A stretch of 64,000 bases of DNA from Octopus vulgaris (Eukaryota): assembly GCA_951406725.2 (NCBI GenBank), contig OX597834.1:310001-374000 (forward strand), given 5' to 3'. Below the pieces are notes generated by a model that worked only from the letters and a program-made list of their open reading frames with translations, did not search any database and had not been told where the DNA came from. The position numbers were made by a program, and so were the translations under genes. Every line of letters begins with the position of its first letter. Positions within the stretch are counted from its first letter, which is position 1. Shown piece by piece: positions 1 to 11,300 of the stretch.

Positions 1-137
1 GTATAAGGAGAATAGTTATTAATAAATGTAAGGGAAGCAATAGTTATTTGTAAATGTATAGGAAGCAATAGGCATTTCCAAATGTATAGTAAATATAGGC
101 ATTCATAAATGTATAATAAGCAATAGGCACTTCTAAA
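1..137. repeat. Degenerate 28-29 bp minisatellite just downstream of the second coding exon
   Basis: aataggcatt...aaatgtata.gaagc recurs about 5 times; probably continues beyond the window edge. Confidence 0.75.
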
Positions 138-198
138 GCAAAAGGTTTTCATAAGGTTGAAGAATGAAATGTAAAATGAAGAAATGGGATTCACTTAC

Positions 199-304
199 CA
201 GCTGGACTGCTAGAGGCGTTTTGTCATTATTGGGAAGATGTTCTTCCAGAGCCAACACGATACAATTCGCAATGATAGTCAATAAGACCATGTATTCAAA
301 TGGC
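199..304 (-). CDS. Cav2: Cav2 alpha-1 subunit, second coding exon (domain I segment S1 and S1-S2 loop)
   Basis: 106-nt exon: G + [35 protein letters not shown]. Joining to the upstream exon restores TGG GGG CCA TTT GAA TAC (W-G-P-F-E-Y) in frame. It is preceded by an AC acceptor and followed by CTG|GTAAGT (GT at 198-197). The gene continues beyond the window start. Confidence 0.96.
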
Positions 305-324
305 GTGAAACAGTTGTTAAGGAA
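305..324 (-). promoter_or_regulatory. U12 branch point TTCCTTAAC and AC 3' splice site
   Basis: Minus strand reads TTCCTTAAC-AACTGTTTCAC|GCCATTT. The branch adenosines lie about 12-13 nt from the acceptor, typical U12 geometry with no long polypyrimidine tract. Confidence 0.94.
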
Positions 325-2064
325 ATAATGGTTTATACACATGGAACATTGAATAACAGGAAGATGACTGTTGTTATTGGAAATATATAAAATAATAATG
401 AATTAAAATAGAATATAAATAATATATAATAAAGATAGGGATATAAATATATTAATAAAAAAAAATAATTAGAATATATTTATCAGCTGTTTTAGTGAAG
501 GTGTGTGTAAATCAAAGAATTAATGACATAAACCATGAATGAGAGAAAACAGACCAAGCTGAAGACATGGACCAAAATTAGAGAAACATATTTCTGTGAG
601 AAAATATTGAAGTTAAATGCCAGGTGACAAAGCCATACCGAAGAAAGCATTATTAAAAATTTGACAGGGTTATATAATGTTTAATCTTAAAAACAAATGT
701 GATTGAAAGTTATACAAATGTTTGGCATATATGACCATACATTATGGTGAACCAGGAAATAATCAATAGAAAAAAAATTGAGGAAAATATGAATAATGAT
801 TTATGATTAAGTGAGGGAGGAAATTTTATTGAAGATTGCTATAAACCTGTCTGATACATGCCAAAATATTTTCACAGAATTCAGAGTATCTCACACCATC
901 TTTCCCAATAAGTCAAATTCCTAATAGGAATGGGGGAGTGTTCTTCAAGACAAGGGTTCCTGGCCTTCTTCCATTAACCTCTGCTAACATTTTCAAAGTA
1001 AATTTCCTCTCATTGTTTTGCTTAGTAATTAAAGTTTACATTTCTAACCATGATAAAACAACTAACAAAGAGGAAATTTAAAATAACTTTTTCAACATTT
1101 TTAAGTTCAAGTAACAATAAAAATAACACACAACAATGTTATTTCACTAATGAATGAATGAATTATAAACAGACACCAAAGCCAAACAGTCTTTGAATTC
1201 GTTGGCTTCATTAACAACACAGTAATTAACAAATATATATCACAAATCAGCACACACAAAATCTTTTTAAGTTGAGTAATTCCCTGTTACTTAGTACTCA
1301 GAGTAGCACCACATTTACTCATGAGTATACTGTGAAAAATTAAATAGAAAATGTCAAGGTCAAACTGAAGGTTAGAGAGTATTATACTGGGGATGGGGTG
1401 GGGGTAAATAAATAGGGAGAAGAGAAACTATATTTATAAAGTGGCTGATGATGATAATGATGATGATGATGATGACTGTAACAAATGTCAGTGGGTCTTT
1501 GTCAGCCTCATTTTCATATTGAAACCTGACCCTGTCCAGATATAAAATGAGGTCAAGAGTATTGGAGTTGGGTTAAAAAGGAGTTGATGGGGGGTGGGTG
1601 GGTCTTGCATCGAAGATATGTCTAAAATGGCCAAAGACACACTCGTCAAGGAGAACCAAAAGATGAGAAAGACTAAAGGGTTTATTACTTACTTGAAGGT
1701 TGGACATAAAAATATAGGGTACTAACCCTCTTATCAGTTTGGAACATATTTTCTATCGATTCTGGAAACCTGGGGACATAGATTAACCCTTTGGAAGCAG
1801 AATTTGGAAGACAATAAGACCATAATTCTGTGTGTGTGTGTGTGTGTATAACAGAATGAACTAAGCAGAGAAAGGGCACACACAAGGATGGAAAGTGTTG
1901 CTGAAGAGATCACAGATATATGACAAAAGATTTCTGGACAATGGACACGAGAATAAGAACAGTAATAAGTGAGTGAAGAATAAATATATAGTGTGTGTGT
2001 TTATTTGGCAACGCGGGAAAAAAAAATGATGCAGGAGTGGCTGCATGGTAAGAAGCTTGCTTCC

Positions 2065-4084
2065 GGTTGAACAGTGAAGACATCGAGCTTTGAGCTCCGT
2101 CCTAAAAGAAAAAAGAACAAAAACAGTGTTTTTCACGCACCTGTTGAAGTCGTCACGCTGTTATGCAGCTGGCGAAAGTTGAACTGAAAGGCACTCTACC
2201 GTTAGGTAAGACTTTTTGCTTTTTGAGTCCAGTAGGATTTGTTGCCTGTTGGTTTTATTTTTATGAACAGGTAAGTATTCCTTACTGGATTCGGAGCTTT
2301 TTGTCTGCCTTGCGGTGGACACATGTGTGTTGTCTCACATAATTGTGAGAAATTGTATTTCAAAATTTTGTGCCCATGTGGATTAAAAGGATTGGCCAGG
2401 AGTACCTTTCGGCTGAAAATTTATTTCTTTGCCTGGATTTGAATTCTCTTTTCACAGCTATCATTTATTTTAAAAAAAAAACTTTATTTGAACTGTAATT
2501 TTTTTTTTTCTTCCCTTCTGTTGTGTCTTCTTTTGTTTTTTTGTGTATCTTTCTTTATTTGAAAATGTATTGACGAACTTTTATTTTGAACTTTTATTTT
2601 TAAAAAAATGGCAAAGGAAATATTAGTGGGGGAATTAACACCTCCCAAATCATGGCTAAAAGAGCTCGAAAGGAAGACGGTGCTGTTGAGGACTTATTCA
2701 AAGTCGCTCGATACCATAACCGTCTTCCCGAAAGCCACAATTTTGAAAGAGCTGGCAGAATACATGCCAGCTATTAAATTTATTTCATGGGGAGTCAAAT
2801 TTGCAATGGTCTGGTTGCTATTTAACGCCCCCAAAGAAGCTTGCGATTTTGCAAGCCGGCCGATCGAGGGGAAGGAAATAATGTTTCTTCCCAGTTATTG
2901 TGGGAAGAAGTTAACGAGGGCTTGGATCTGCGGCTTGCCACCCGGAATTGAGCCCAAGTGGATAGAGGACTCTATCCGCCGGGGTCTGGGTGGTAGCAGT
3001 ACCAAGCTGCTCAACATAAAAATTTTGCCTGCGGCTGATTGGGAGGGGTCAAAAGCTGTGTTGACCCTATGGACCCAATCAGCTGAAAGTCTGGTTTTCC
3101 CAGGTTTTTTGAGGATGGCCGGGTCTAGGTATCCGGTGATGCTCGAGGGACGCCCCCCCCCCCCCAAGTGTCACCTGTGCCTGTAGACCGGCCACATCAA
3201 GAAAAACTGCCCCAAGGACCAAAATAGGATCCTGGAGCAGTTAACAGAGGAACCACTCCCTGCTCCCTCAATGGAGGGAGAGAAGGAGGAGGATGTCTAG
3301 GAGGTGGAAACCTCCTCGAAAAAACGAAAGCGAAAGGTGGGCAAAGAACCCGAGAGATGCGGGAGAAAAGGAGGACCTGCTGGACACAGCAAGGGAACAC
3401 CACCCTCCTGTGGCCCAAGGGAAAAAGAAAAGAAAAAAGAAAAACGGGACATTGCCAGCGGGTTGTGACATGCTGCCGGCGTGTCCCGATTTTCCTTTGG
3501 TGGGTGTGCTGCTGGAGGAGGAATTTTTGGTCCTCTTCCACAAGGGAGGAACCTTGCAAAATGAAATCAAAAAATTGATAGGAAGTGCCGGTGGGAGGGG
3601 CTTCTGTCCTACACGGAGAACCCTGAGTGGCCTTCGCAGGTGGCTGCGGAGGTCATATGGGAAAACGATCTGTGTAGGATAACGAACTACTTCCCGAAGG
3701 ACTCCTTCAGATATATGTTGAAACCTTTAAGTTCGGAATGGACCAGGTGCTTCGATGAAGCAAGGAGCCTGGCCGGGCGAAAAATTGAAGAGGTGTATTA
3801 CCTCAAAAAGAGACTAAAAATGCAAAAAGTGAGAGGATTATTGCCTCGTGTTTGTGTTTTATTTTTAATTTTGAACTGTGTAAGAGGTTTATTGCCTCAT
3901 TGTGCTTTAAAAAATAAAAAAGAAAAAAAAGAACAATGTTTTTGAGAAGCGAAAGTCGGCGGGCGCTTTTCGTCTTCTCCCATCCTTATCATCCTTATAT
4001 CATCATCGTTCATCCCATTAATGTCTCTGTCTAGCCCTCAAGCTTCTCTCTGTGTGCTGCCCTTGTGGCAAATTTAATGAAATA
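2065..4084 (+). mobile_element. 2.0-kb non-LTR-type insertion carrying only an ORF1/gag-like gene (L1/Tx1-like), nested in a SINE
   Basis: Flanked by AAGAAGCTTGCTTCC (2050-2064) and AAGAAGCTTGCTTTC (4085-4099). Removing it restores a SINE head. GC/CpG-richer than the flanks, AATAAA at the 3' end, no reverse transcriptase motifs seen. Confidence 0.72.
2608..3945 (+). pseudogene. Disrupted ORF1-like protein with CCHC zinc knuckle
   Basis: The 192-aa ORF ends ...EGRPPPPKCHLCL*; read-through gives CHLCL*TGHIKKNC = CX2CX4HX4C. Lys/Glu-rich low-complexity sequence follows, then further stop-interrupted coding-like sequence to 3945. Confidence 0.68.
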
Positions 4085-4247
4085 AAGAAGCTTGCTTTCC
4101 AACCACATGGTTCTGGGTTCAGTCCCACTGCATGGCACCTTGGGCAAGTGTCTTCTACTATAGCCTTGGGCCAACCAAAGCCTTGTGAGTGGATTTGGTA
4201 GACGGAACCTGAAAGAAGCCCATCTGAAAGAAGTATATATATATACA

Positions 4248-4278
<31 letters not shown>

Positions 4279-4500
4279 GTGTATGTATTTGTGTGTCCGT
4301 GTTTGTCCCCCACCATTGCTTGACAAATGATGTTGGTGCATTTTCATCCCCGTAACTTAGTGGTTCAACAAAAAAGACTGACAGAATAAGTATCAAGCTT
4401 ACAAAGAATAAGTCCTGGGGTTGTTTTGTTTGACTAAAGGTGGTGCTCTAGCATGGCCACAGTCAAATGGCTGAAACAAGTAAAAGAATAAAAGAATCTT
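4085..4500 (+). mobile_element. tRNA-derived SINE (5' part at about 2030-2064, split by the insertion)
   Basis: Family body (ggttcagtcccactgcatggcaccttgggcaagtgtcttctactatagcc...gtgagtggatttggtagacggaa) recurs many times in the window; ends in gaaacaagtaaaagaataaaaga. Confidence 0.8.
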
Positions 4501-4521
4501 GAAATACAACAATATATATAT

Positions 4522-4918
4522 ATATTCTTTTGTTTGTTTCAGTTATTTGACTGTGACCATGCTAGAGCACCACTTTTAGTTGAGCAAATTGACCCCAGGA
4601 CTTATTCTTTGTAAGCCTAGTTCTTATTCTATCGGTCTCTCTTACCAAACCGCTAAGTTATGGGTTGTAAACACACCAGCATTGGTAGCCAAGCAATGTT
4701 GCGGGGACAAAAACAGACACACAAATGTAAATATATATATACACATATATACGACAGGCATCTTTCAGTTTCTGACTACCAAATCCACTCACAAGCCTGT
4801 GGTTGGCCCGTGGCTATAGTAGAAAACACTTGCCCAAGGTTCCACATAATGGGACTGAACCCGGAACCATGTGGTGGTTGGTAAGCAAGTTACTTACCAC
4901 ACAGCTACACTTGCACCT
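4522..4918 (-). mobile_element. tRNA-derived SINE, opposite orientation to the adjacent copy
   Basis: Reverse complement of the same family head (caaatccactcacaag...ctatagtagaaaacacttgcccaagg...gggactgaacccggaaccatgtgg). Confidence 0.75.
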
Positions 4919-5060
4919 ATATATATATATATATATATAAATTTAATTAGAGGATGTGTAAACCTCATGACAGGATAGTTTCATCCAATGAAATATTGGT
5001 TCAATACATATTAGTTTTGGGGAATGAATTTCCTCAAAATAATAGGTGTATATAAAAACA

Positions 5061-5368
5061 TAGTTCATATTCATTTAAAAGAAGAAAAGAAAGTGGAGAT
5101 TTGGAAGTTAATAATTGTTTACCATTAACAGCAAATTGGTTGTCTTCACTTACAGCCGTTTCAATTATTACTCAATAAGCATCAAGTTTACATTTATGTG
5201 ACATGATCACAATATCATGTGCTCATGTCACATAAATGTAAATTTAATGTTTATTGAGTAATAATTGAAACGGCTGTAAGTGAAGACAACCAATTTGCTG
5301 TTAATGGTAAACAATTATTAACTTCAAAATCTCCATTTTCTTTTCTTTTTTTAAATGAATATGAACTA
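5061..5368. repeat. Long fold-back inverted repeat (about 150-bp arms, about 6-nt loop)
   Basis: 5061-5211 is the reverse complement of 5218-5368 with only a handful of differences; lies between (TA)n tracts. Confidence 0.95.
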
Positions 5369-5401
5369 CATATATATATATATATATTAATATATTAATA
5401 C

Positions 5402-5506
5402 TTAGCAGAAACAACAGAGTGACTCAAGCTCCGAGAGTTTTGTGCATTGGCACTTATCAAACACACAAAACTCTCAGACCTGAAGTCATTCTGTTGCTTC
5501 TGCTAA
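5402..5506. repeat. Imperfect inverted repeat (43-bp arms, 19-nt loop)
   Basis: ttagcagaaacaacagagtgac...gagagttttgtg pairs with cacaaaactctc...gtcattctgttgcttctgctaa. Confidence 0.85.
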
Positions 5507-5575
5507 ATAAAAATAAAAATATATATAAACCCATATTTTGAGTTCCATTTTTCCTGTTTGCATTGCCATACATAT

Positions 5576-5625
<50 letters not shown>

Positions 5626-7199
5626 ACACACACACACATACATACTATACATAAAAGTACTCATTCCAGAAATGGAGTAAGTTTGTTCTCTGTTGAACCG
5701 ATCAACTATGGGATCAATTTAGAAATGTAATTATTGCATGAAGGATCTAGGATTCTCCAACCTTATCAGTAATGTGTGTAAGCTGGAATAAAGTGCCTAA
5801 CTATCCATTACTTTTGTACCTTTTCAATAATACCCTGCAACAACATACCAATTTAACTTGGCAACTAAAGTTTGGATTTGCAAATTGGATCGTTGACAAT
5901 TTGTTCGAGTATGGATTGGCTGAATTTCTACATCAATCATGGACCAATTTTGTTACCCTCGTTCATTTTCTTCTTCTCAGAGAACTTGTAAGTATTTTAA
6001 GCCTTTTTTCACTTGATACATATGCATGCACATGCCTACATGTGCACACACACAGAGTAAACTTTGAATCTAACAGAGGCCTTTTGTGTGTGTGTGTGTG
6101 TGTCCATCAATCTGTCCCTGACTGGGTTTATCTTTACAGGAGTAAACCCCCCCCCCAAAAAAAAAAACAGTATTGTTTATGCATCACTTTTATGTCCCAT
6201 GACTTTATGGTTTCACAAACAAGGATCAAAGAAATAAGTACCTGATTGAAATAAGAGGGGAGGCAATATGGTCCCTAAACATTTAATGGTGTTGCCCCAG
6301 CATGGCTACAGTGCAATAAGTGAAATAGAGAATAACAGTTTATTTATTAATGTTCTTTTGTCCATTGACTTCAGACAGAGTCAAAGAAATCTGATACAAT
6401 GTAAGATTTAGAAGAATAAGCTTATAAGTTATCAAAATTAAATTTTCTTTACAAAGACAAAGAGATTGTTAAGAGAATGATGATATATTAAGACAATATT
6501 TCATTAAAAATTTAAATTAAGCAATTAAAAATTTAAAGCACAAAATATTAAAATAATAAATTTAAACAAATCTAAAATGTTAAATTAAAATTTCCTGAAG
6601 TTTTGAGCAAAATCATCATCATCATCATAATTTAACATCCGTTTCCCATGCTAGCATGGGTTGGATGGTTTGATGCAGTGCTGGCCAGCTGGAGAGCTGC
6701 CCATACTCCAATCATCTGTTGTAGCATAGTTTTTACAGCTGGATGCCCTTCCTAATGCCAACCCCTTTACAGAGTGTGCTGGGCACTTTTTACATGCCAC
6801 CAGCATCCTCTTCCTCCACATCGTCATTTTGGGGTTCATCCTTCCATGTTAACAAGGATTATATATATAACAAGAATATATTTAGGCAATGTTCAACAGT
6901 TGAATGCCGACCATTTTAGTTTGTTCTCATGGCACAGAGATATGATGTTTCTCCTCTAAAAATCGAGAAACCAAAGAAACCATAGCTAAGCGAGAGAAGA
7001 AATGTTAATTAAAATTACTGCCAAAGGAGAAAGACTCATTAGCTTAATGAGGAATTCTGGTTATGAAAGACAAGGGAGACAAAACTGATTCCTAATCTCA
7101 AAAGACTTCTCATAAAGAAAAGAGATGTAATTTTGAAGAATGTGTTGAAGCAAAAGTAGTGGATGTGTAACGTTTGGGTAGATGAAGAATGGAGCAGAG

Positions 7200-7500
7200 A
7201 TGAAATGAAAGAATGGTTGGAAGAGGAATTAGTGATAGGAAACAACAGAGAGGATTGTGTTGGTATAGTCATGTGATGTGTAAAGAGGTTGACAGCTGGA
7301 AGAAGAAATGGCAAATAATCCAAGAAGAAGAAACTTGTAAGAGAGGTAGTCCAAGAAAGACATGGAACGAAGTCAAGAATGCTGATCTGAGACAAAACTA
7401 GATCTTATAAAGGAGATGAGAAGAAACTGTCACAAGTAACAAGGAGCTGTGTTGCAGAAGACATTTCCAATCTTTACAAATATGGAAAAACAAATGTAAA
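7200..7500 (+). mobile_element. Degenerate RTE LINE 3' end
   Basis: Translates ...QQRGLCWYSHVMCKE...TCKRGSPRKTWNEVK, matching the RTE C-terminal RLRWYGHV...RGRPRKTW motif. Confidence 0.7.
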
Positions 7501-8319
7501 ATAATAATGATACACTCACCTAAAACAAATGATGGAGTAGGAAAAAATCAGGGAATTATCTCTGAATTCATCAAAAGAAAATGGAAGCTGATGTGAGTTG
7601 TTTAAGAAGCCACAGCTGTTTCAAATTTCTTTCTGACCCAAAAAGGACAGTTTTATCAACAGAGGAGACTGAAGACTACTTTAGCAACACACAAGTTGTT
7701 GTTGTTGATGGTGTTAATTAGTTGAGAAGATAAGAAGACAATAATGTAGTAATAAAGCGTTTGGTATTTCATCCCAGATATGGAAACCTTGTTTTTTTAC
7801 AACGGCTTAGTGAGAAGGAAAAGGACTGGTCTTCTGAAACTGTTGGGAGGGGATTATCTTCAGATTAGAGATATGGTCTGAATACCTGCAACCGAGTGAG
7901 CCCAGCTAAAAGTGCTGAAACCTGGTGATGGATTAATTCTACACAAACAGGAACAGTCTTACCCCCCCCCCAAACAGATGCTCAAAGTGTTTGGCTGATA
8001 TTACAGTCAAGCAACTACGAAGAATATCTGTAACTCATGGAATTCCTAATTAAAAAATCAATGTTGCACTAACCAGACCTTAATGACTGTCATCCATGAT
8101 ATTATATATACAGATTCCAGGGAATAGAACATGGTTAAAAGGTTAGTGGAAGAACTTAAAATAGCAAAGACTTAATTAAGATGAGAAAGAGAAGATGGAC
8201 AGGAGGAAGTAAACACTAAAATTTGAAGTCAATGTAGAAATAAATAAGCCATCAGATAAGTGTGTGCGTGTAGAGTATGAAGTGTGTGTATATATAACGA
8301 ATAAGTGTGTACATGTATG

Positions 8320-8355
<36 letters not shown>

Positions 8356-11300
8356 TACATGCATATATATATATATATATATATATATACATGCATATAT
8401 GGGTACAGGACATCACCAATGATGCAAACATGAAATATGTAAACAAATGAGGGGAAATGAGTGAAATATATATATATAGAGAGAGAGAGAGGAGAGAGAG
8501 AGGAGAGAGAGAGGAGAGAGAGAGGAGAGAGAGAGGAGAGAGAGGAGAGAGAGAGGAGAGAGAGAGAGGGAGAGAGAGATAGAGAGAGAGAGGAATAGAG
8601 AGAGAACATGTAAATGGTTGGATAGAATCCCTTATGATATTTAAAGTCCATACTTTCCAAATTCTAACCCTGTTAAGGCCAAGTTTGTCTTTCATCCTTC
8701 TGGGATCAATAAAGTTTTAGTCAGGTTCCAGTCTTCATTTAATATTTCTATAAAATATAAAAGACAGCAAGTTAGCACACCATGCATCTGACTTGACATT
8801 CTGAGTTCAAATTCTGCCAAGGTCGACTTTGCATTTCGTCTTTTCAAAATCAATAAAATAAGTATCAATTGAGCATTGGAGATGATGTGATTGACTTACC
8901 CCAACCCTTAAATTGCTGGCCTTGTGCCAAAATCTGAAATCAATATTTCTATAAAGTATCATAGATATGTTGAGAATTCCAACAGACAAGCACTGAACAT
9001 AAGGAGTTACAGAAACCAAGAATCTTCAAGAAACTAGCATCAGAGTATTAGCCATAACTGTTTCAGTCTACAACAGACTATTATTGTATCTATTATGTAA
9101 GGTCGTTGGTGTTAGGAAGGGCCTCCATGCCAAAACAGTGAAACCTGGTGCAGCCTTCTTGGTTTGCCATCTCCTGTCAAACCCTCCAACCCATGCCAGC
9201 AAGGAAAATGGACATTAAATGATGATGAGGATGACTATTGGATTGGTAACCATTTCCAGAAACACTAAGTCATCCTTGTAACCAGGAGTCGGGTGATAAC
9301 CTTTACCAAAAGGATTGACAACCAAGACAAATTTTGTGGCTCTATTGCCATTGAAACATGACTTCTTCAAACTGGAATTATTTAAAAAATTAATTGAGAA
9401 TTTGGAAGGATTTAGCAAAATAACAAACTTTGTCATTATTAAGATAATCTTAAGAGTATAATATATATATATATTGATATATTAAGCTGGTGTATGGAAC
9501 ATTGGACCATAACTGAAGACATATTGGTATATTAAGTGGAATGTAAGTTAACAAGTGTACTTTGCATAAAATTATGATGGACAGTTTCATTGAAATCAAA
9601 ACACTTTAAAAGAGGACAATAAAAGCAGAGCAAGTGTCAGGTTTTTGGATATCAAAAGGATTACTAACTGCTAAACATGATATTCATAGCAGACTATAGC
9701 AGATCCATGTTTTGTTTTACAAACTTCGATTCGTCTTTCAAAACTAGTTTGACTGGTTCAAAGCTTCCCACCTACAAATGGTTGAGAAGTTGGTTTTGAA
9801 ACTGCAGGCTCAGGATTTGATTTCATTGCATAGCACCCTGAATAATTGTTTTCGAATATAGCATCAGGTTAACCAATACTTTGTAAATAAATGGAATTTG
9901 ATAGAGGGACAATGTGTAGAAGCCCAATGGAGGAGGGACTGTTCCTGGTTTATTTTTGGATTTAGTAGATTTAATCTACTGTACAATTTAACATCACCAT
10001 TGGTCACTTTGGGTGCTATTAGTCGAATCCACTTTGTCACAAATGTTTGGCTCTTGTTGAAGTGGTACCTCACAAGCATTTCGGTTATGGCAGAACATGC
10101 ATGTCTAAAGTGTTACATAATGGGATCAACCACTAAAAGCACAGAGGTGTAAAGTTTTAATCCCAGCAACCAACTTAGAGAATGTACCTCCAATTATCCT
10201 TGAAACTACATAAATTGGAAGAGCTCAACTTTCTGGAACAATCTGGTTTGATCATCAGGCATCTCAACTAAATATTTAACCCTCTTGATACTAACCTGTC
10301 CAAGACCATCCCTGGTTCATCACTTTATAATCTAAAGTGATCTAAATTAAAATCTTCCATCAAACTTTCATCTTAATTTTTGTTCTAAACACCAGCTGAG
10401 TGATGAAAAACTTATTCAAAACTAAATTCTTCAATATTTTCAAAATTAATCGAAACAAAAGCAGCCCATTTCAACAGAAGTGTTGTGAGAGAAGCTAAGC
10501 TCCTGATCGTGAGATCTAACTCAACTTGCTGCATTAAAATTTATCATTGGGCAATACATATTATATCCCTTAACTACAGCACCTTAGCTAAAAAACAACT
10601 GATACCTCTGTAGCCAAAGGAATATTCAGCAGCAAAAGCCAGCTGTTGCAATTGTTTAGAACTGTGCCATAATAACAGGAAGTAAAAGATTTAAATAAAT
10701 GATTCATATAAATTGGTATGGATCGAAAGAGTTGTTTGGTTGCCAAAGACAAATAGCCAGGATGTCACATACGTCACAACCTGGGGCTTCTTAACCCCTC
10801 AGCTTTATATACATTCACATTTTATCCTCTCCAGATTACTGAAAGGTAACTTCCATTCTAGTGAGAGATAAAACCAAGATAAAACAATCCAAAATCCGCT
10901 GCAAATATCCCAGATCAATTACATTCTTTTAAGTCCTGCAATTTTCAGGGATAGCATAGCTCCCTTTTACACAGACTATATCTAGTAATACAGGGTTACC
11001 CTAGCTCTCTTTTTGCCTGTACTTAAAAATACTCTTACTCCCTCTTACATAGACTATACAACAACTCCCTATACAGGGTTGTCATGCTAGATCCTTCTTA
11101 TATATAGTCTGTACCATGTGATACAGAGTTACCACTACTTCATAAACAGGGCTACCAGTGCTCCCTCTCATACAATGCGTATCGAGTGTTAATAATTGCC
11201 ATCTGCTACAAAGATGTTGGTTGTAATCAATAGGTTCAATATTATAGAATTTTGAAAAAAAAAATCAAACCTAATCAAATATGTTGCCCATCCTGTAATA

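Noticed and set aside
133-342. ORF-track 69-aa protein starting [13 protein letters not shown], and the 56569-56835 ORF ending GYPLFTAF...
   Set aside because: The flanking residues are intron read-through across the AT-AC splice sites; only 199-304 and 56624-56817 are coding.
360-1000. Purine-rich plus-strand stretches (also about 7500-8250, 9240-9700, 37620-38640) as LINE relics
   Set aside because: Probably very old L1-like debris, but no motif is clear enough to support a call by eye.
10205-10262. CTGATGA...GAAA on the minus strand as another hammerhead
   Set aside because: Stem II and stem I do not pair convincingly.
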